Shown: positions 21,369 to 31,320 of the stretch, in pieces
How the letters are laid out: each line of letters starts with the position of its first letter
How positions within the stretch are numbered: position 1 is the stretch's first letter
Origin: Clostridia bacterium
GTDB taxonomy: Bacteria > Bacillota > Clostridia > Christensenellales > UMGS416
DNA: 64,000 nucleotides
Assembly: GCA_016938675.1 (NCBI GenBank)
Contig: JAFGUF010000023.1
Location: 32,583 to 96,582, forward strand
Direction of reading: 5' to 3'
Made by a program: the position numbers and the translations under genes
Notes under the pieces: model-generated
What the model was told of the DNA's origin: nothing
Seen by the model: the letters and a program-made list of their open reading frames with translations, nothing else
Databases searched by the model: none

Positions 21369-23264
21369 TCAAGCTTCAAGGAGCTTGGCCAGCTCATCTC
21401 CGCTGATTTTTTCCTTTTGAAGAAGAACTTCAACAATTTTTTCTATCTTGTCTTTATTCTTTTTAATGATATCTTTTGCTCTCTCTAATTGCTTAGTTAT
21501 AATTACCTTTATTTCAGAGTCAATTTTTGCTGAGAGCTCCTCCGAGTAATCATTGGTATGCCCAATTTCCTTGCCAATCATAAATTCACTATGGGATGAA
21601 AGGAATATCGGCCCGATTTCATCACTCATTCCGAATCTTGTTATCATTTGGCGAGCAGTATTTGTTACGCTCTGCAGGTCGCTAGATGAGCCTGTTGATA
21701 CATCGCCGTAAATGATGCTTTCAGCGGCATATCCGCCCAGCGCTGAGGCTATCTGATCCGTTAGCATTGCTTTTGTAGTATAGTCTGTTTCATTGTCCGG
21801 CAAGAATGCTGTGTATCCGCCTGCTCCAAGCCCTCTGGGGATAATGGACACCTCCTGTACGGGGTCACAGTTTTCAAGCATGTGTGATATTAATGCATGG
21901 CCGGCCTCATGATAGGCAACCAGCTTCAAATCACGCGGTGTTACTCTCCTGCTTTTCTTTTCAAGCCCCATTACTACCCTGTAAATGGACTCTGTTATTC
22001 TATCCATCGATATCTCATTTTCTTTATATCTCGCCGCCAGTATTGCAGCCTCATTCAAGATGTTTTCTAGGTCTGCACCTGTTGCATATGGTGTGAGTTT
22101 TGCGATATCTTCAAATTTTACGTTTTCTGCAATTGGTTTGCCTTTGGCATGAACTTTAAGAATCTCTTCGCGGCCTTTTATGTCAGGATAGTTGACAGAT
22201 ATCTGCCTGTCAAACCTGCCCGGCCTTAACAATGCCGGATCCAGGATATCTGCCCTGTTTGTTGCCGCCATTACTATTATGCCTTCGTTTGTTTCAAATC
22301 CGTCCATCTCAACCAAGAGCTGATTCAGTGTCTGCTCTCTTTCGTCGTGGCCGCCACCCATTCCGCTGCCTCTGTGGCGTCCGACTGCGTCGATTTCGTC
22401 AATAAATATGATGCTCGGCGAGCTTTTTTTAGCTTGCCCGAATAGGTCTCTTACTCTGGATGCGCCAACGCCGACATACATTTCTACAAAGTCTGAGCCT
22501 GATATAGTGAAGAAAGGCACTTTCGCTTCTCCGGCTACAGCCTTTGCAAGCAATGTCTTACCAGTTCCCGGAGGGCCCACTAAAAGCACTCCCTTTGGTA
22601 TCCTGGCTCCCATCTTGGTGAACCTTTCCGGCTCTTTAAGGAATTCAACTATTTCAACGAGCTCCTCTTTTTCTTCCTCGGCTCCGGCGACGTTTGCGAA
22701 GGTTATCTTCTGCTTATCGGTGTCAACTACTCTGGCTCTTGACTTGCCGAAACTCATCGCCTTGCTGTTGGTGTTATCCACCTGCTTCATGAACATTCTG
22801 AACATAAGCACAACCAAGATGCCCAGCGCCAGATATGGGAGCAGCGCAACAAATATACCTGTTTCTTTAATCTCTGTATTGTATAATACTTTGATGCCTA
22901 AATCTTTTGTTGTAACCGTGTTCTCGGTTTTTCCTTCATTTACGGTATACCCTAAAGCAATAGCTCTAAGATCAGCGTCCAAGTCCTTGACATTTGTTGT
23001 ATTAACATAAAAATCATAATTTTTAGGAAAATCTTCTTCACTTATTTCAGAACCTGCATAGAGTCCGAATACATTAGTCTCAACTATGCTGATTGCTTGA
23101 ATTTTTTCGCCGTTTTCATTTTCTGAAAGCTCGATTAAAAACTCATTGTATGGTAATTCCTCAGGCTGAGCAGGAGCTTCCTTAACCAAGTAAAATACTA
23201 CAATTACTGAAATAGTTACAAAAGCTAACGCTAAAAAACCACTGAGGGTTCTATTGTCTTTCAA
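21369..23264 (-). CDS. ftsH: ATP-dependent zinc metalloprotease FtsH
   Basis: GPPGTGKT Walker A, IIFIDEID Walker B and HEAGHAL zinc site. TTG start with AGGAGG 8 nt upstream. Confidence 0.97.
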   Translation of the reverse strand: MKDNRTLSGFLALAFVTISVIVVFYLVKEAPAQPEELPYNEFLIELSENENGEKIQAISIVETNVFGLYAGSEISEEDFPKNYDFYVNTTNVKDLDADLRAIALGYTVNEGKTENTVTTKDLGIKVLYNTEIKETGIFVALLPYLALGILVVLMFRMFMKQVDNTNSKAMSFGKSRARVVDTDKQKITFANVAGAEEEKEELVEIVEFLKEPERFTKMGARIPKGVLLVGPPGTGKTLLAKAVAGEAKVPFFTISGSDFVEMYVGVGASRVRDLFGQAKKSSPSIIFIDEIDAVGRHRGSGMGGGHDEREQTLNQLLVEMDGFETNEGIIVMAATNRADILDPALLRPGRFDRQISVNYPDIKGREEILKVHAKGKPIAENVKFEDIAKLTPYATGADLENILNEAAILAARYKENEISMDRITESIYRVVMGLEKKSRRVTPRDLKLVAYHEAGHALISHMLENCDPVQEVSIIPRGLGAGGYTAFLPDNETDYTTKAMLTDQIASALGGYAAESIIYGDVSTGSSSDLQSVTNTARQMITRFGMSDEIGPIFLSSHSEFMIGKEIGHTNDYSEELSAKIDSEIKVIITKQLERAKDIIKKNKDKIEKIVEVLLQKEKISGDELAKLLEA

Positions 23265-23341
23265 TTAACGTTCCTCCTTGAATATATGTAAAATTAAATT
23301 AAAATCATATTATATAGCCATGCAGTGAGCACAGCCTATAC

Positions 23342-23370
23342 ATTATATCATCACACCTATTATTAAGCAA
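23342..23370 (-). promoter_or_regulatory. ftsH sigma-A promoter
   Basis: Minus strand: TTGCTT (23370..23365), 17 nt, TATAAT (23347..23342). Confidence 0.55.
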
Positions 23371-23520
23371 CTTAATTGTGCCCAAAACAGCTGATTGCGT
23401 TTTCAATGCATACATAGTGCGTTCCAATGCACTTTACGTAGTTTTATTATGATAAAATTATCTTCCAACTACCCTTTAAAGTATGTGATATAGTCACAAA
23501 TTAAGCCGTTTTCAGTTATA

Positions 23521-24315
23521 TTAATTTAATTCGGACGCCACGTCCTTAACCAGTCTTTTATCTTTATATTCGCCTTTATACTTCTCATTTTCAGCTTTAG
23601 GCATCTCTTTTTTCGGATATGCCGCGTCATCATAATTAAACTGTTTCAGAAGGTGTGTAATGCAGTTTATCCTTGCATGTTTTTTGTTGTCTGCCTCCAC
23701 AATATACCACGGCGATTCGTCCGTATCCGTATTTTCAAGCATTATATCCCTAGCCTCAGAGTACTCATCCCATTTATTAATGGATGCAATATCTATGCTG
23801 CCCAATTTCCACCTTTTTGTTATATCTTCATTCCGGTTATTGAGTCTCTTCAGCTGCTCTTCTCTGCTCACGGAAAACCAGTATTTTATTAATATAATAC
23901 CGCCTGATATAATCATCTCTTCAAATTTAGGGCAATCCTTAAGAAACTGGCGATACTCTCCTTCCGTGCAGAAGCCCATCACTTTTTCCACGCCCGCCCT
24001 ATTGTACCAGCTTCTGTCGAATATAACCATCTCGCCATCTGACGGAAAGTGCGAGACAAACCTTTGGAAGTACCACTGGCTTCTCTCTCTTTCAGTGGGC
24101 ACAGGAAGCGCCGCAACCTTGCACAGCCTGGAGTTCAGTTTCTGTGTAATTCTCTTAATAGTTCCGCCTTTTCCAGCTGCGTCCCTGCCTTCAAAGACCA
24201 CTACTACTTTCTTGTTGTTGTCCTTTATCCATTCCTGAAGTTTAATCAGCTCTATCTGGAGCCTCTTCATCTCTTTTTCGTATACTTTCTTTGGAATCTC
24301 ATTATACTTTTCCAT
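23521..24315 (-). CDS. ppk2: polyphosphate kinase 2 (single PPK2 domain)
   Basis: 264 aa with GRDAAGKGGTIKRI Walker A and FDRSWYNR motifs. Confidence 0.9.
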   Translation of the reverse strand: MEKYNEIPKKVYEKEMKRLQIELIKLQEWIKDNNKKVVVVFEGRDAAGKGGTIKRITQKLNSRLCKVAALPVPTERERSQWYFQRFVSHFPSDGEMVIFDRSWYNRAGVEKVMGFCTEGEYRQFLKDCPKFEEMIISGGIILIKYWFSVSREEQLKRLNNRNEDITKRWKLGSIDIASINKWDEYSEARDIMLENTDTDESPWYIVEADNKKHARINCITHLLKQFNYDDAAYPKKEMPKAENEKYKGEYKDKRLVKDVASELN

Positions 24316-24507
24316 ACTATTGTGTCCTCTGATAAAATTTATTAGTAATTATATCACTACTTTCTAAAATATTCAAAATTAACATTAATAATAATTATTA
24401 TGTTGAAAATGCAGCAATATTATGCTAATCTTTATTTACATATAATATACGGCTTTTCATAAAATTGCTATTATATGCTATGGACTAAATAGGACAGGAG
24501 AAGACTA

Positions 24508-25047
24508 ATGGATTTACTAAACAGCGTATTAAAAGAAGTTTTGCAGGATGATAATCTTGACCAGCTTTCAGAAAAAACTAAAATTGACAGGGATTCAATC
24601 AGTGACGCGGTAAAGGATGGCATGCCCGCAATACTGGAAGGTTTAAACCAAAACACAAACAAAAAAACCGGCGCAGAAGCCTTACTTTCAGCTCTTTCCC
24701 AGCACAGCGGCAGCCTTTTGGATGACGTTAAAAAAGGTGACCTAAGCGGGCTTGACTTGGGTGACGGTGCAAAAATTATATCTCATATTTTCGGCTCAGG
24801 CAAAGAAGATGTTGCAGATGAAATATCAAAGGACGCAAACCTTACAAAAGGACAGTCGTCAAATCTGCTCAGCGCACTTGCACCAATCGTTATGAGCGCA
24901 CTCAGCAAGGAAAAGGAAGAGAACGACCTGGATGCAGACGGACTTTCAAGCCTGACAACCACACTCATCGGCTCTTTCCTTGGAAACGGCGACGGAAGCT
25001 CTAAATTAGGCAGCATTTTCAGCCTGATAAGCAAGCTTTTAACCTGA
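24508..25047 (+). CDS. DUF937 family protein
   Basis: 179-aa low-complexity protein. MDLLNSVLK...MPAILEGL...GAKIISHIFGS pattern. Confidence 0.6.
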   Translation: MDLLNSVLKEVLQDDNLDQLSEKTKIDRDSISDAVKDGMPAILEGLNQNTNKKTGAEALLSALSQHSGSLLDDVKKGDLSGLDLGDGAKIISHIFGSGKEDVADEISKDANLTKGQSSNLLSALAPIVMSALSKEKEENDLDADGLSSLTTTLIGSFLGNGDGSSKLGSIFSLISKLLT

Positions 25048-25058
25048 TAAGCATTTAG

Positions 25059-25087
25059 AAAGGCCCTCATTGAGGGTCTTTTTTTGT
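25059..25087 (+). terminator. intrinsic terminator after the DUF937 gene
   Basis: AGGCCC-tcattga-GGGTCT followed by TTTTTTTG. Confidence 0.7.
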
Positions 25088-25092
25088 GGATA

Positions 25093-25890
25093 TTAATGCT
25101 GAATCAGCCGCGCCATTACAACAACGCGGTGATCCTTATCAGTTGAACAGGTTGACAATGTAAGCACAATATCCTCCGGGGTCAGCACAGTATCAGTCTC
25201 ATACAGCGATAAACTCTGGCAATACCTTATAAATTTCAGCCATTCTATTTCATTTGAAAATTCAGTGTCTATATAGTAGAAATTTATATTGGCTTCAAAT
25301 ATAGCGAAAACTTCCCAATCCATTGTTCCAGCAAGAGTATCAAAGCGGACTATTCTATGACTGTCGAAAAAATCCTTTTCAAAATAGTATACCAAGCTTC
25401 TGAACATAGAACCGTCTTTCATTCTATGACCGTAGAGAATAATATTCTTTGTTTTAGCCATATCATAAACATCGCATCTGTAATCCAGAAAAATCGCGCC
25501 ATAGTAAGAGCTTTGCTTGTTAAAATCATTATTTAGGTAAAACTCATTATCTCCGCTGTACATTACAGGATAGTCTATTACTGTTCCTTTAATGTTTATG
25601 TATCCTATTGTGTCTTCATTGAGGACTCTGTATTCCATAACTTTATCAGGAATTTGAGGAACAGGAGTTGCTGAGGCTATCGGCGAAGGTGATACCACAT
25701 CATTTGTAATCTCCTCAGCGGCCAGCGCTTTAGGAGTTTCCATAATCAATGGAGCTGTGCATAGAAAATCAAATGCATCTGAAGCAGCCTTCTCTTCGGA
25801 TACAGATGAATAAATAACCGAACCTACTACAAGAAGCATAATGCAGGCTATTGCCGCTATAAGCCCATTTTCGTTGTTTTTCTTTTTCAT
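25093..25890 (-). CDS. srtB: class B sortase
   Basis: N-terminal TM segment, ILYGHRMKDGSMF and TLSTCS (catalytic Cys) motifs. Start at 25890 (GGAGG 5 nt upstream). Confidence 0.85.
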   Translation of the reverse strand: MKKKNNENGLIAAIACIMLLVVGSVIYSSVSEEKAASDAFDFLCTAPLIMETPKALAAEEITNDVVSPSPIASATPVPQIPDKVMEYRVLNEDTIGYINIKGTVIDYPVMYSGDNEFYLNNDFNKQSSYYGAIFLDYRCDVYDMAKTKNIILYGHRMKDGSMFRSLVYYFEKDFFDSHRIVRFDTLAGTMDWEVFAIFEANINFYYIDTEFSNEIEWLKFIRYCQSLSLYETDTVLTPEDIVLTLSTCSTDKDHRVVVMARLIQH

Positions 25891-25953
25891 TCCAGCCTCC
25901 CCATTATAGTTTACTATTGAGATGCAGTTTTTCAAAGCTTTTTTTGTATATTT

Positions 25954-25980
25954 AAAGAGCCGGTATAAAACCGGCTCTTT
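25954..25980 (-). other. stable hairpin between the two sortase genes
   Basis: AAAGAGCCGG (25954..25963) pairs with CCGGCTCTTT (25971..25980). No clean U-tract follows on the minus strand. Confidence 0.5.
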
Positions 25981-26010
25981 AGGATGAAAAGAAAAAGATT
26001 ATATAAAAAA

Positions 26011-26601
26011 TCAATTGACTGGTATCGCTTCTACTACATACCTTCTGCTTGCCAATGATACCGCCCTGAAAGGATACTGCGAAACAAGTGTAAGGACAGA
26101 GCCATCCGTTGCCTCTTTCGGTATTTCTGACGGCACAACGACTCTGGTGGATATAACAACATATTCGTGCATGCCTTCGCAGCTATCCACGGCTATTTTA
26201 TCCCCGGCTTCCAGTCTTGCAAGGTACGCAAACTCTTTATCATTATGCCCCATTATTATGGACCTTCCGGATTGCCCCGGCAGGACTGAACCATAAAGCG
26301 AGGCAGACTCTTCCACATTCACTAAGTTAAAATAAAACGGAACACATACAGTTTCGTCAAAATAGATAACTCCCGCAATGTCTGAACCGGAGTGCCCATT
26401 TGAGTAGTCTGCAATCAGGCTATCTCTATTTTCATTCCAATAATTAACGGATTGTTCAGCAAAATTGTCCTGTGCTGCGGCAAATACAAAAAATGAAGCT
26501 CCCAACAAAAAAAGCGGGATAAATATAAGCAAAAGCAAAAGCCTTTTCTTAAGTCTTCCAGCTCGATTCTTGTCAAGCCTTCTAAGCATCTTGTATGTCA
26601 T
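26011..26601 (-). CDS. sortase-fold protein lacking the canonical catalytic cysteine
   Basis: N-terminal TM segment, IIMGHND (His), LTLVSQYPF where TLxTC is expected (Gln175 codon CAG at 26079..26077), and a conserved Arg region RRYVVEA. Confidence 0.7.
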   Translation of the reverse strand: MTYKMLRRLDKNRAGRLKKRLLLLLIFIPLFLLGASFFVFAAAQDNFAEQSVNYWNENRDSLIADYSNGHSGSDIAGVIYFDETVCVPFYFNLVNVEESASLYGSVLPGQSGRSIIMGHNDKEFAYLARLEAGDKIAVDSCEGMHEYVVISTRVVVPSEIPKEATDGSVLTLVSQYPFRAVSLASRRYVVEAIPVN

Positions 26602-26950
26602 AATTGTCCTTCCGGATCATGCATCAATTTATATATTTGAAGATGCAGAACTACCTGTATTATTATAAAGCCAAAGCGTAACTTCAACCATATAGCCATA
26701 CCGTGCGTATTTACTTATTACTTACTCCGGATATAAATAAAATGAAATATGAATTTATATCCTATCCAGCCCTTTAATGTATCTATATCTATATTTATAT
26801 GAGTAACTATATAATATAAATCAAGGGGAATACAAGCATTCAATTGTATTTCAAGGAATTGTTAACAGTATGTTAATATTCTCATAATATCAGGTGTTTT
26901 TCTTTATCTGCATAATTGTATTTTATTGCTATTTTGATTTTTTTGCATCA

Positions 26951-26985
26951 AAAAAGGGCTGTATATTTATATACAGCCCTTTACT
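26951..26985 (-). terminator. pnp intrinsic terminator
   Basis: AGGGCTGTATA-ttta-TATACAGCCCT, followed on the minus strand by TTTTTT. Confidence 0.8.
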
Positions 26986-27002
26986 TTTTAGTTTGTGAAA
27001 AA

Positions 27003-29117
27003 TTACTGGTTATTTAAATCCTTCAGCATTTCTTTTTCCTGCTCAATGAGCTCTTTGCGTGAAAGGTCAATTCTGTTGTTGTTGTCAATTTTTATAACCT
27101 TTACGAGAATTTTATCTCCCAGCTTAACTTCATCTTCCACCTTCTCAACACGATGGTTTGCAAGCTTTGATATATGGCAAAGTCCATCCTTGCCAGGCAG
27201 TAGCTCGACAAATGCGCCAAAAGCCATAATCTTGACAACTGTACCCAGATATACCTCGCCTACTTCAACTTCCTTTACAATGGCTTCTATCATGCCCCTC
27301 GCCTTGTCCATTGCTTCCTGATCTGTAGTCGCGATGTATACTGTTCCGTCATCGTCAATATCGATTTTTACGCCCGTTTCATCAATGATAGAGTTAATCA
27401 TCTTTCCGCCCGGTCCAATTACCTCTCTAATCTTATCCGGATCAATCTTGAATGATATAATCTTCGGAGCGTACTTCGACAGGTTCTCTCTCGGTTCTGC
27501 AATAGTTTCGAGCATCTTGTCCAGAATAAACAGCCTGCCGACGCGAGCCTGTTCCAGCGCTCTTTCAAGCACAGGTTTGTTTATTCCTTTTATTTTTATA
27601 TCCATCTGGATGGCTGTTATGCCGTCTCTTGTTCCGGCAACTTTAAAGTCCATATCTCCGAGGAAGTCCTCAAGGCCCTGAATATCTGTGAGCACGGAAA
27701 CTCTATCTCCGTCTTTTTCCTTGATTAACCCCATCGCAACGCCTGCAACCGGCGCTTTTATCGGAACACCAGCGTCCATCAGCGACAATGTTGAGCCGCA
27801 TATAGATGCCTGAGATGTTGAGCCGTTAGATGAAAGAACTTCAGATACCACCCTTATTGTGTACGGGAACTCAGCCTCTTCCGGTATAACAGGCAGAAGG
27901 GCTCTTTCCGCCAAAGCGCCGTGGCCTATTTCGCGCCTGCCCGGGCCTCTGTTTGGCTTTGGCTCGCCTGTGCTGTAGCCTGGGAAATTATAGTGATGAA
28001 TGTATCTTTTCTTTACATCTGCTGTTATTCCATCCAGCTTCTGCACGTCGCCTATTGTGCCCAAAGTTGTAATAGAAAGCACCTGTGTCTCACCACGTGT
28101 GAATATGCCCGTTCCATGCGTCCTGGGAAGAACACCCACTTCGCTCCAAATCGGGCGAATCTGTTCAGTAGTTCTGCCGTCAGGGCGAACACCGTCCAGT
28201 ATTTTTTCTCTTACTATTTCTTTTGTAATATTGTAGATTACATCTCCTGCATCCCCTATTGTTTCCGGGAATTTTTCTTCTAGCGCAGAGATTATCTTCT
28301 CATTGCAGGCATCCTGCTTTTCTTTTCTTTCGTAGCGGTCAAATGGCTCTAAAGAAGCTTTAATGTCCTCAAAGAACTCATCACGGATTGCCTTTTCCAG
28401 CTCAGCGTCAGGTTTTTGTATAGCAGGTGTTGCTTTCTCAACGCCGACTTCTGCTACGATTGTTTCAATAAAAGCAACAATTTTCTTTATTTCTTCGTGC
28501 GCAGTTAAGATAGCATCCAGCATCTGAGCCTCGGTTATTCCCTTGGCGCCAGCCTCTACCATCATAACGGCATCCTTTGTTCCAGCTACTGTCAGGTCAA
28601 GAACAGATTTTTCTTTCTGCTCTGCATTAGGATTAATTATGCATTCTCCGTCTATCATTCCGACGCAGACTGCGCCAGTTGGGCCTGCAAAAGGAATATT
28701 GGATATGCTCAGTGCAACTGATGAACCTATCATTGCAAGAATTTCCGGCTCAACATCCGGGTCAACAGACATAACAGTTGCTATGATCTGCACTTCATTT
28801 CTGAACCCCTTGTCAAACAACGGCCTAAGAGGCCTGTCAATCAGCCTTGATGTCAAAATCGCGTGTTCCGGCGGCTTAGCTTCCCTTTTTGTGAAACCTC
28901 CGGGTATCTTACCTACTGAATACATTTTCGCCTCATAGTCTACGCTAAGAGGGAAAAAGTCTATTCCTTCTTTTGGCTTTTCGGACATTGTGGCAACCAC
29001 TAATACATAAGAATCATTACAGCTTATCATACATGCGCCGTTTGCCTGTCCTGCCAAGTTGCCCGTTTCTACCTTTACGGTGCGTCCGGCCAACTCCATC
29101 TCAAATGTTCTCTTCAT
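27003..29117 (-). CDS. pnp: polyribonucleotide nucleotidyltransferase (PNPase)
   Basis: Two RNase PH domains followed by KH and S1 domains ([21 protein letters not shown]). Start at 29117 preferred. Confidence 0.97.
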   Translation of the reverse strand: MKRTFEMELAGRTVKVETGNLAGQANGACMISCNDSYVLVVATMSEKPKEGIDFFPLSVDYEAKMYSVGKIPGGFTKREAKPPEHAILTSRLIDRPLRPLFDKGFRNEVQIIATVMSVDPDVEPEILAMIGSSVALSISNIPFAGPTGAVCVGMIDGECIINPNAEQKEKSVLDLTVAGTKDAVMMVEAGAKGITEAQMLDAILTAHEEIKKIVAFIETIVAEVGVEKATPAIQKPDAELEKAIRDEFFEDIKASLEPFDRYERKEKQDACNEKIISALEEKFPETIGDAGDVIYNITKEIVREKILDGVRPDGRTTEQIRPIWSEVGVLPRTHGTGIFTRGETQVLSITTLGTIGDVQKLDGITADVKKRYIHHYNFPGYSTGEPKPNRGPGRREIGHGALAERALLPVIPEEAEFPYTIRVVSEVLSSNGSTSQASICGSTLSLMDAGVPIKAPVAGVAMGLIKEKDGDRVSVLTDIQGLEDFLGDMDFKVAGTRDGITAIQMDIKIKGINKPVLERALEQARVGRLFILDKMLETIAEPRENLSKYAPKIISFKIDPDKIREVIGPGGKMINSIIDETGVKIDIDDDGTVYIATTDQEAMDKARGMIEAIVKEVEVGEVYLGTVVKIMAFGAFVELLPGKDGLCHISKLANHRVEKVEDEVKLGDKILVKVIKIDNNNRIDLSRKELIEQEKEMLKDLNNQ

Positions 29118-29210
29118 TTGATGTGCTCCCTTCATTTATATCAATTATTTTTTGTTTCCGTCAATATTTGCCGCAAGAAGATATCATACTATATATCTGC
29201 AAACAAGCAA

Positions 29211-29234
29211 TGAAGCGGGTATCAGCCCGCCTCA
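29211..29234 (-). terminator. rpsO-pnp intergenic hairpin (attenuator or processing-type)
   Basis: TGAAGCGGG pairs with CCCGCCTCA (one G-U), 13 nt downstream of the rpsO stop. Confidence 0.5.
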
Positions 29235-29246
29235 CATTTAAAGTCA

Positions 29247-29510
29247 TTATTTTCTTAGATTTAACCTAGCAATCAGACTACGATAACGTTCAATGTCTTT
29301 CTTCTTCAGGTATTCCTGAAGTCCGCGTCTCTGTCCAACCATCTTTAAAAGACCCCGCCTTGAGTGATGATCCTTCTTGTGTGTCTGCAGATGTTGGTTC
29401 AGGTGGTTAATCCTGTAGGTAAGCAGTGCTATCTGCACTTCCGGAGAACCAGTGTCTCCCTCATGAGTTTTGTACTCATCAATAATGCTTTGTTTAGTTT
29501 TTACGTCCAT
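29247..29510 (-). CDS. rpsO: 30S ribosomal protein S15
   Basis: 87 aa. [17 protein letters not shown]...[12 protein letters not shown]. Confidence 0.97.
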   Translation of the reverse strand: MDVKTKQSIIDEYKTHEGDTGSPEVQIALLTYRINHLNQHLQTHKKDHHSRRGLLKMVGQRRGLQEYLKKKDIERYRSLIARLNLRK

Positions 29511-29607
29511 AACGGCACCTCCAATAAAATCGCCTTATGCTTAGTGTATTCGTCGGTGAATCGAAAAACCAAGCTAAGGTTAAGTAGTATGGTTACATAC
29601 AATGAGT

Positions 29608-29636
29608 ATCATACCACAATACCAATATAATGTAAA
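29608..29636 (-). promoter_or_regulatory. rpsO promoter
   Basis: Minus strand: TTTACA (29636..29631), 17 nt, TGgTATGAT extended -10 (29613..29608). This leaves a leader of about 95 nt. Confidence 0.55.
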
Positions 29637-29735
29637 TACTTTTGTAATAAGCAGGCTATGCTATTAGTGCAGCTATTTTCCTAAAACTATGGTTCACTAA
29701 GGAAGGCATCCAAGCAGCCTCACACGGCCTTACTT

Positions 29736-30683
29736 TTAATGTTCAGCCCTATCCTTGTCAATCATATCTAAAATCACCGAATCAACTCTCTCGTCAAATT
29801 TTCTGGCAAAAAATCTCTTCTCCATCCCTTTAAGCATATCATAATCATCAGCCTTCAATACATATGGATGTCCATTAAAAGGCTTTTTTCCACTTCCTGT
29901 GTAGTCATCGGTAAAGTATGCAAATGTTAAGCAATTTTGAGTTTGCTGTTCTGCGGGGTTTACTACTACTTCATTTTTATACTCCGAATTCATCACCATA
30001 GTCTGAAAAAATGTCTCTTCGGGTGTTATTGTATGTGAGAAAATTTTGATTAATTCGTTATTTGAACAATATTGCTCTCTTATATACTTTATAATGCAAT
30101 CTGGCAATACCCACCATGCACTTCCACCATACAAACTAATATTCAGATTTTTATATGGCTTTTTCCCTAAAGTATCCATCACTCTTTCGGATAACCTCAC
30201 AGGCACTTTCAGCAGCTTCTTTATCGTGCGTACCTTTACATATGAGTTTATCCAATTATTAATTTCAATCCATCTGTAATGGTTAAATTTAGGCCACACC
30301 CAGTTGTTCTTGTCAATCGGTGTGCAATCCATAAAAGGGGCTGGATAATGACTGTCAAGAAATTCATTGATTGCTGTTGTGCTTTTAATAGGATAATCTG
30401 CTGCACTCAAAAGTAAATAGTATCCATAATCTGTTTCGCTCTGAAAAGCAGCATTGATTAAATTCATTGTGGCTCTTATCAGCGTCCAGTTATCCAAAGT
30501 AGCGGAAACTCTGTTTTCTAAAATGACGGCAGCACCACCATCCTTTAGAGTCTCTGGATCGAAATCTTTTGCTTTCTTGTCTATGTGAATGTATATGTCG
30601 AAATCTTCATGCTGCAGCGATTTAATCAATCTGTTCAGCTGCTTAAAATTGTTATGTGCTAGAATTAATATTGCCTTCTTCAT
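29736..30683 (-). CDS. glycosyltransferase family 14 (core-2/I-branching, beta-1,6-GlcNAc-transferase-like)
   Basis: 315 aa. The MKKAILILAHNNFKQLNRLIKSL...YIHIDKK pattern is typical of Branch-domain proteins. Confidence 0.7.
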   Translation of the reverse strand: MKKAILILAHNNFKQLNRLIKSLQHEDFDIYIHIDKKAKDFDPETLKDGGAAVILENRVSATLDNWTLIRATMNLINAAFQSETDYGYYLLLSAADYPIKSTTAINEFLDSHYPAPFMDCTPIDKNNWVWPKFNHYRWIEINNWINSYVKVRTIKKLLKVPVRLSERVMDTLGKKPYKNLNISLYGGSAWWVLPDCIIKYIREQYCSNNELIKIFSHTITPEETFFQTMVMNSEYKNEVVVNPAEQQTQNCLTFAYFTDDYTGSGKKPFNGHPYVLKADDYDMLKGMEKRFFARKFDERVDSVILDMIDKDRAEH

Positions 30684-30873
30684 ACTTTTCTCCGTAAGAA
30701 TATATTTATTTATCTAATATCCGATAGCGCTAAAATCCTACTTTTTAGCAATTACACTTTTTTCATTATACTACAACAAATGGCTTTTAGCCATTGTATA
30801 TTTATTATTTAATTGTTTTCTCTCTGGATAATTGGAACACAAAAAAACGCGTATGATGTCAGTCTGCCCTCGC

Positions 30874-31128
30874 CTATAAATCATCACCTACAATCAAATC
30901 ATTAAAAGCGGCAAGGCTGTCTTCCAGTATTCTTCCGTTAAGGCTTGATATGTTATCCTTCGCAACCGAATCTATCCTTTTATAGTCTTCAATATCTATA
31001 ATAATATATTTCGGCTTATTGTTTTTAAGGATAATTACATTGCCCTTGTCATCCACTTGTCTTGCGACCTTGGAGAAATTCTGATTCGCCTCAGTTATAG
31101 AAACTAAGTTCTCAATATTAATCTGCAT
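30874..31128 (-). CDS. Phd/YefM family type II antitoxin (no cognate toxin gene adjacent)
   Basis: 84 aa. VSITEANQNFSKVARQVDDKGNVIILKNNKPKYIIIDIEDY. GGAGG lies 5 nt upstream of the ATG at 31128. Confidence 0.75.
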   Translation of the reverse strand: MQINIENLVSITEANQNFSKVARQVDDKGNVIILKNNKPKYIIIDIEDYKRIDSVAKDNISSLNGRILEDSLAAFNDLIVGDDL

Positions 31129-31254
31129 ACTTACCTCCATGTATCACCTAGTATATATCCTATAATTATACATCTATATTATATATTATATTCTAGGATA
31201 AATCAATAGATTTTTAATAATTTTTTCGGCATCAGATGGCATTCTATATTTATA

Positions 31255-31283
31255 TTGATTTATTTTTGCAAATGATATACTAT
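31255..31283 (+). promoter_or_regulatory. promoter of the HNH-domain gene
   Basis: TTGATT (31255..31260), 17 nt, TACTAT (31278..31283). Confidence 0.5.
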
Positions 31284-31320
31284 ATCTACATTGCAAAAAA
31301 GTAATTAACGAGGTTATAAA

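Noticed and set aside
26602-27002. 400-bp AT-rich non-coding gap examined for a CRISPR array, tRNA, small ORF or sRNA
   Set aside because: It contains only short AT-rich low-complexity runs (TATCTATATCTATATTTATAT). There is no repeat-spacer periodicity, no tRNA-like arms, and no ORF above about 33 aa with an RBS. It probably holds the promoter of the sortase-like gene and the pnp terminator.
29608-29640. AATATAATGTAAATACT resembling the right half of a Firmicute dif (XerCD) site
   Set aside because: The left half does not match. On the minus strand the sequence reads as the -35/-10 of the rpsO promoter.
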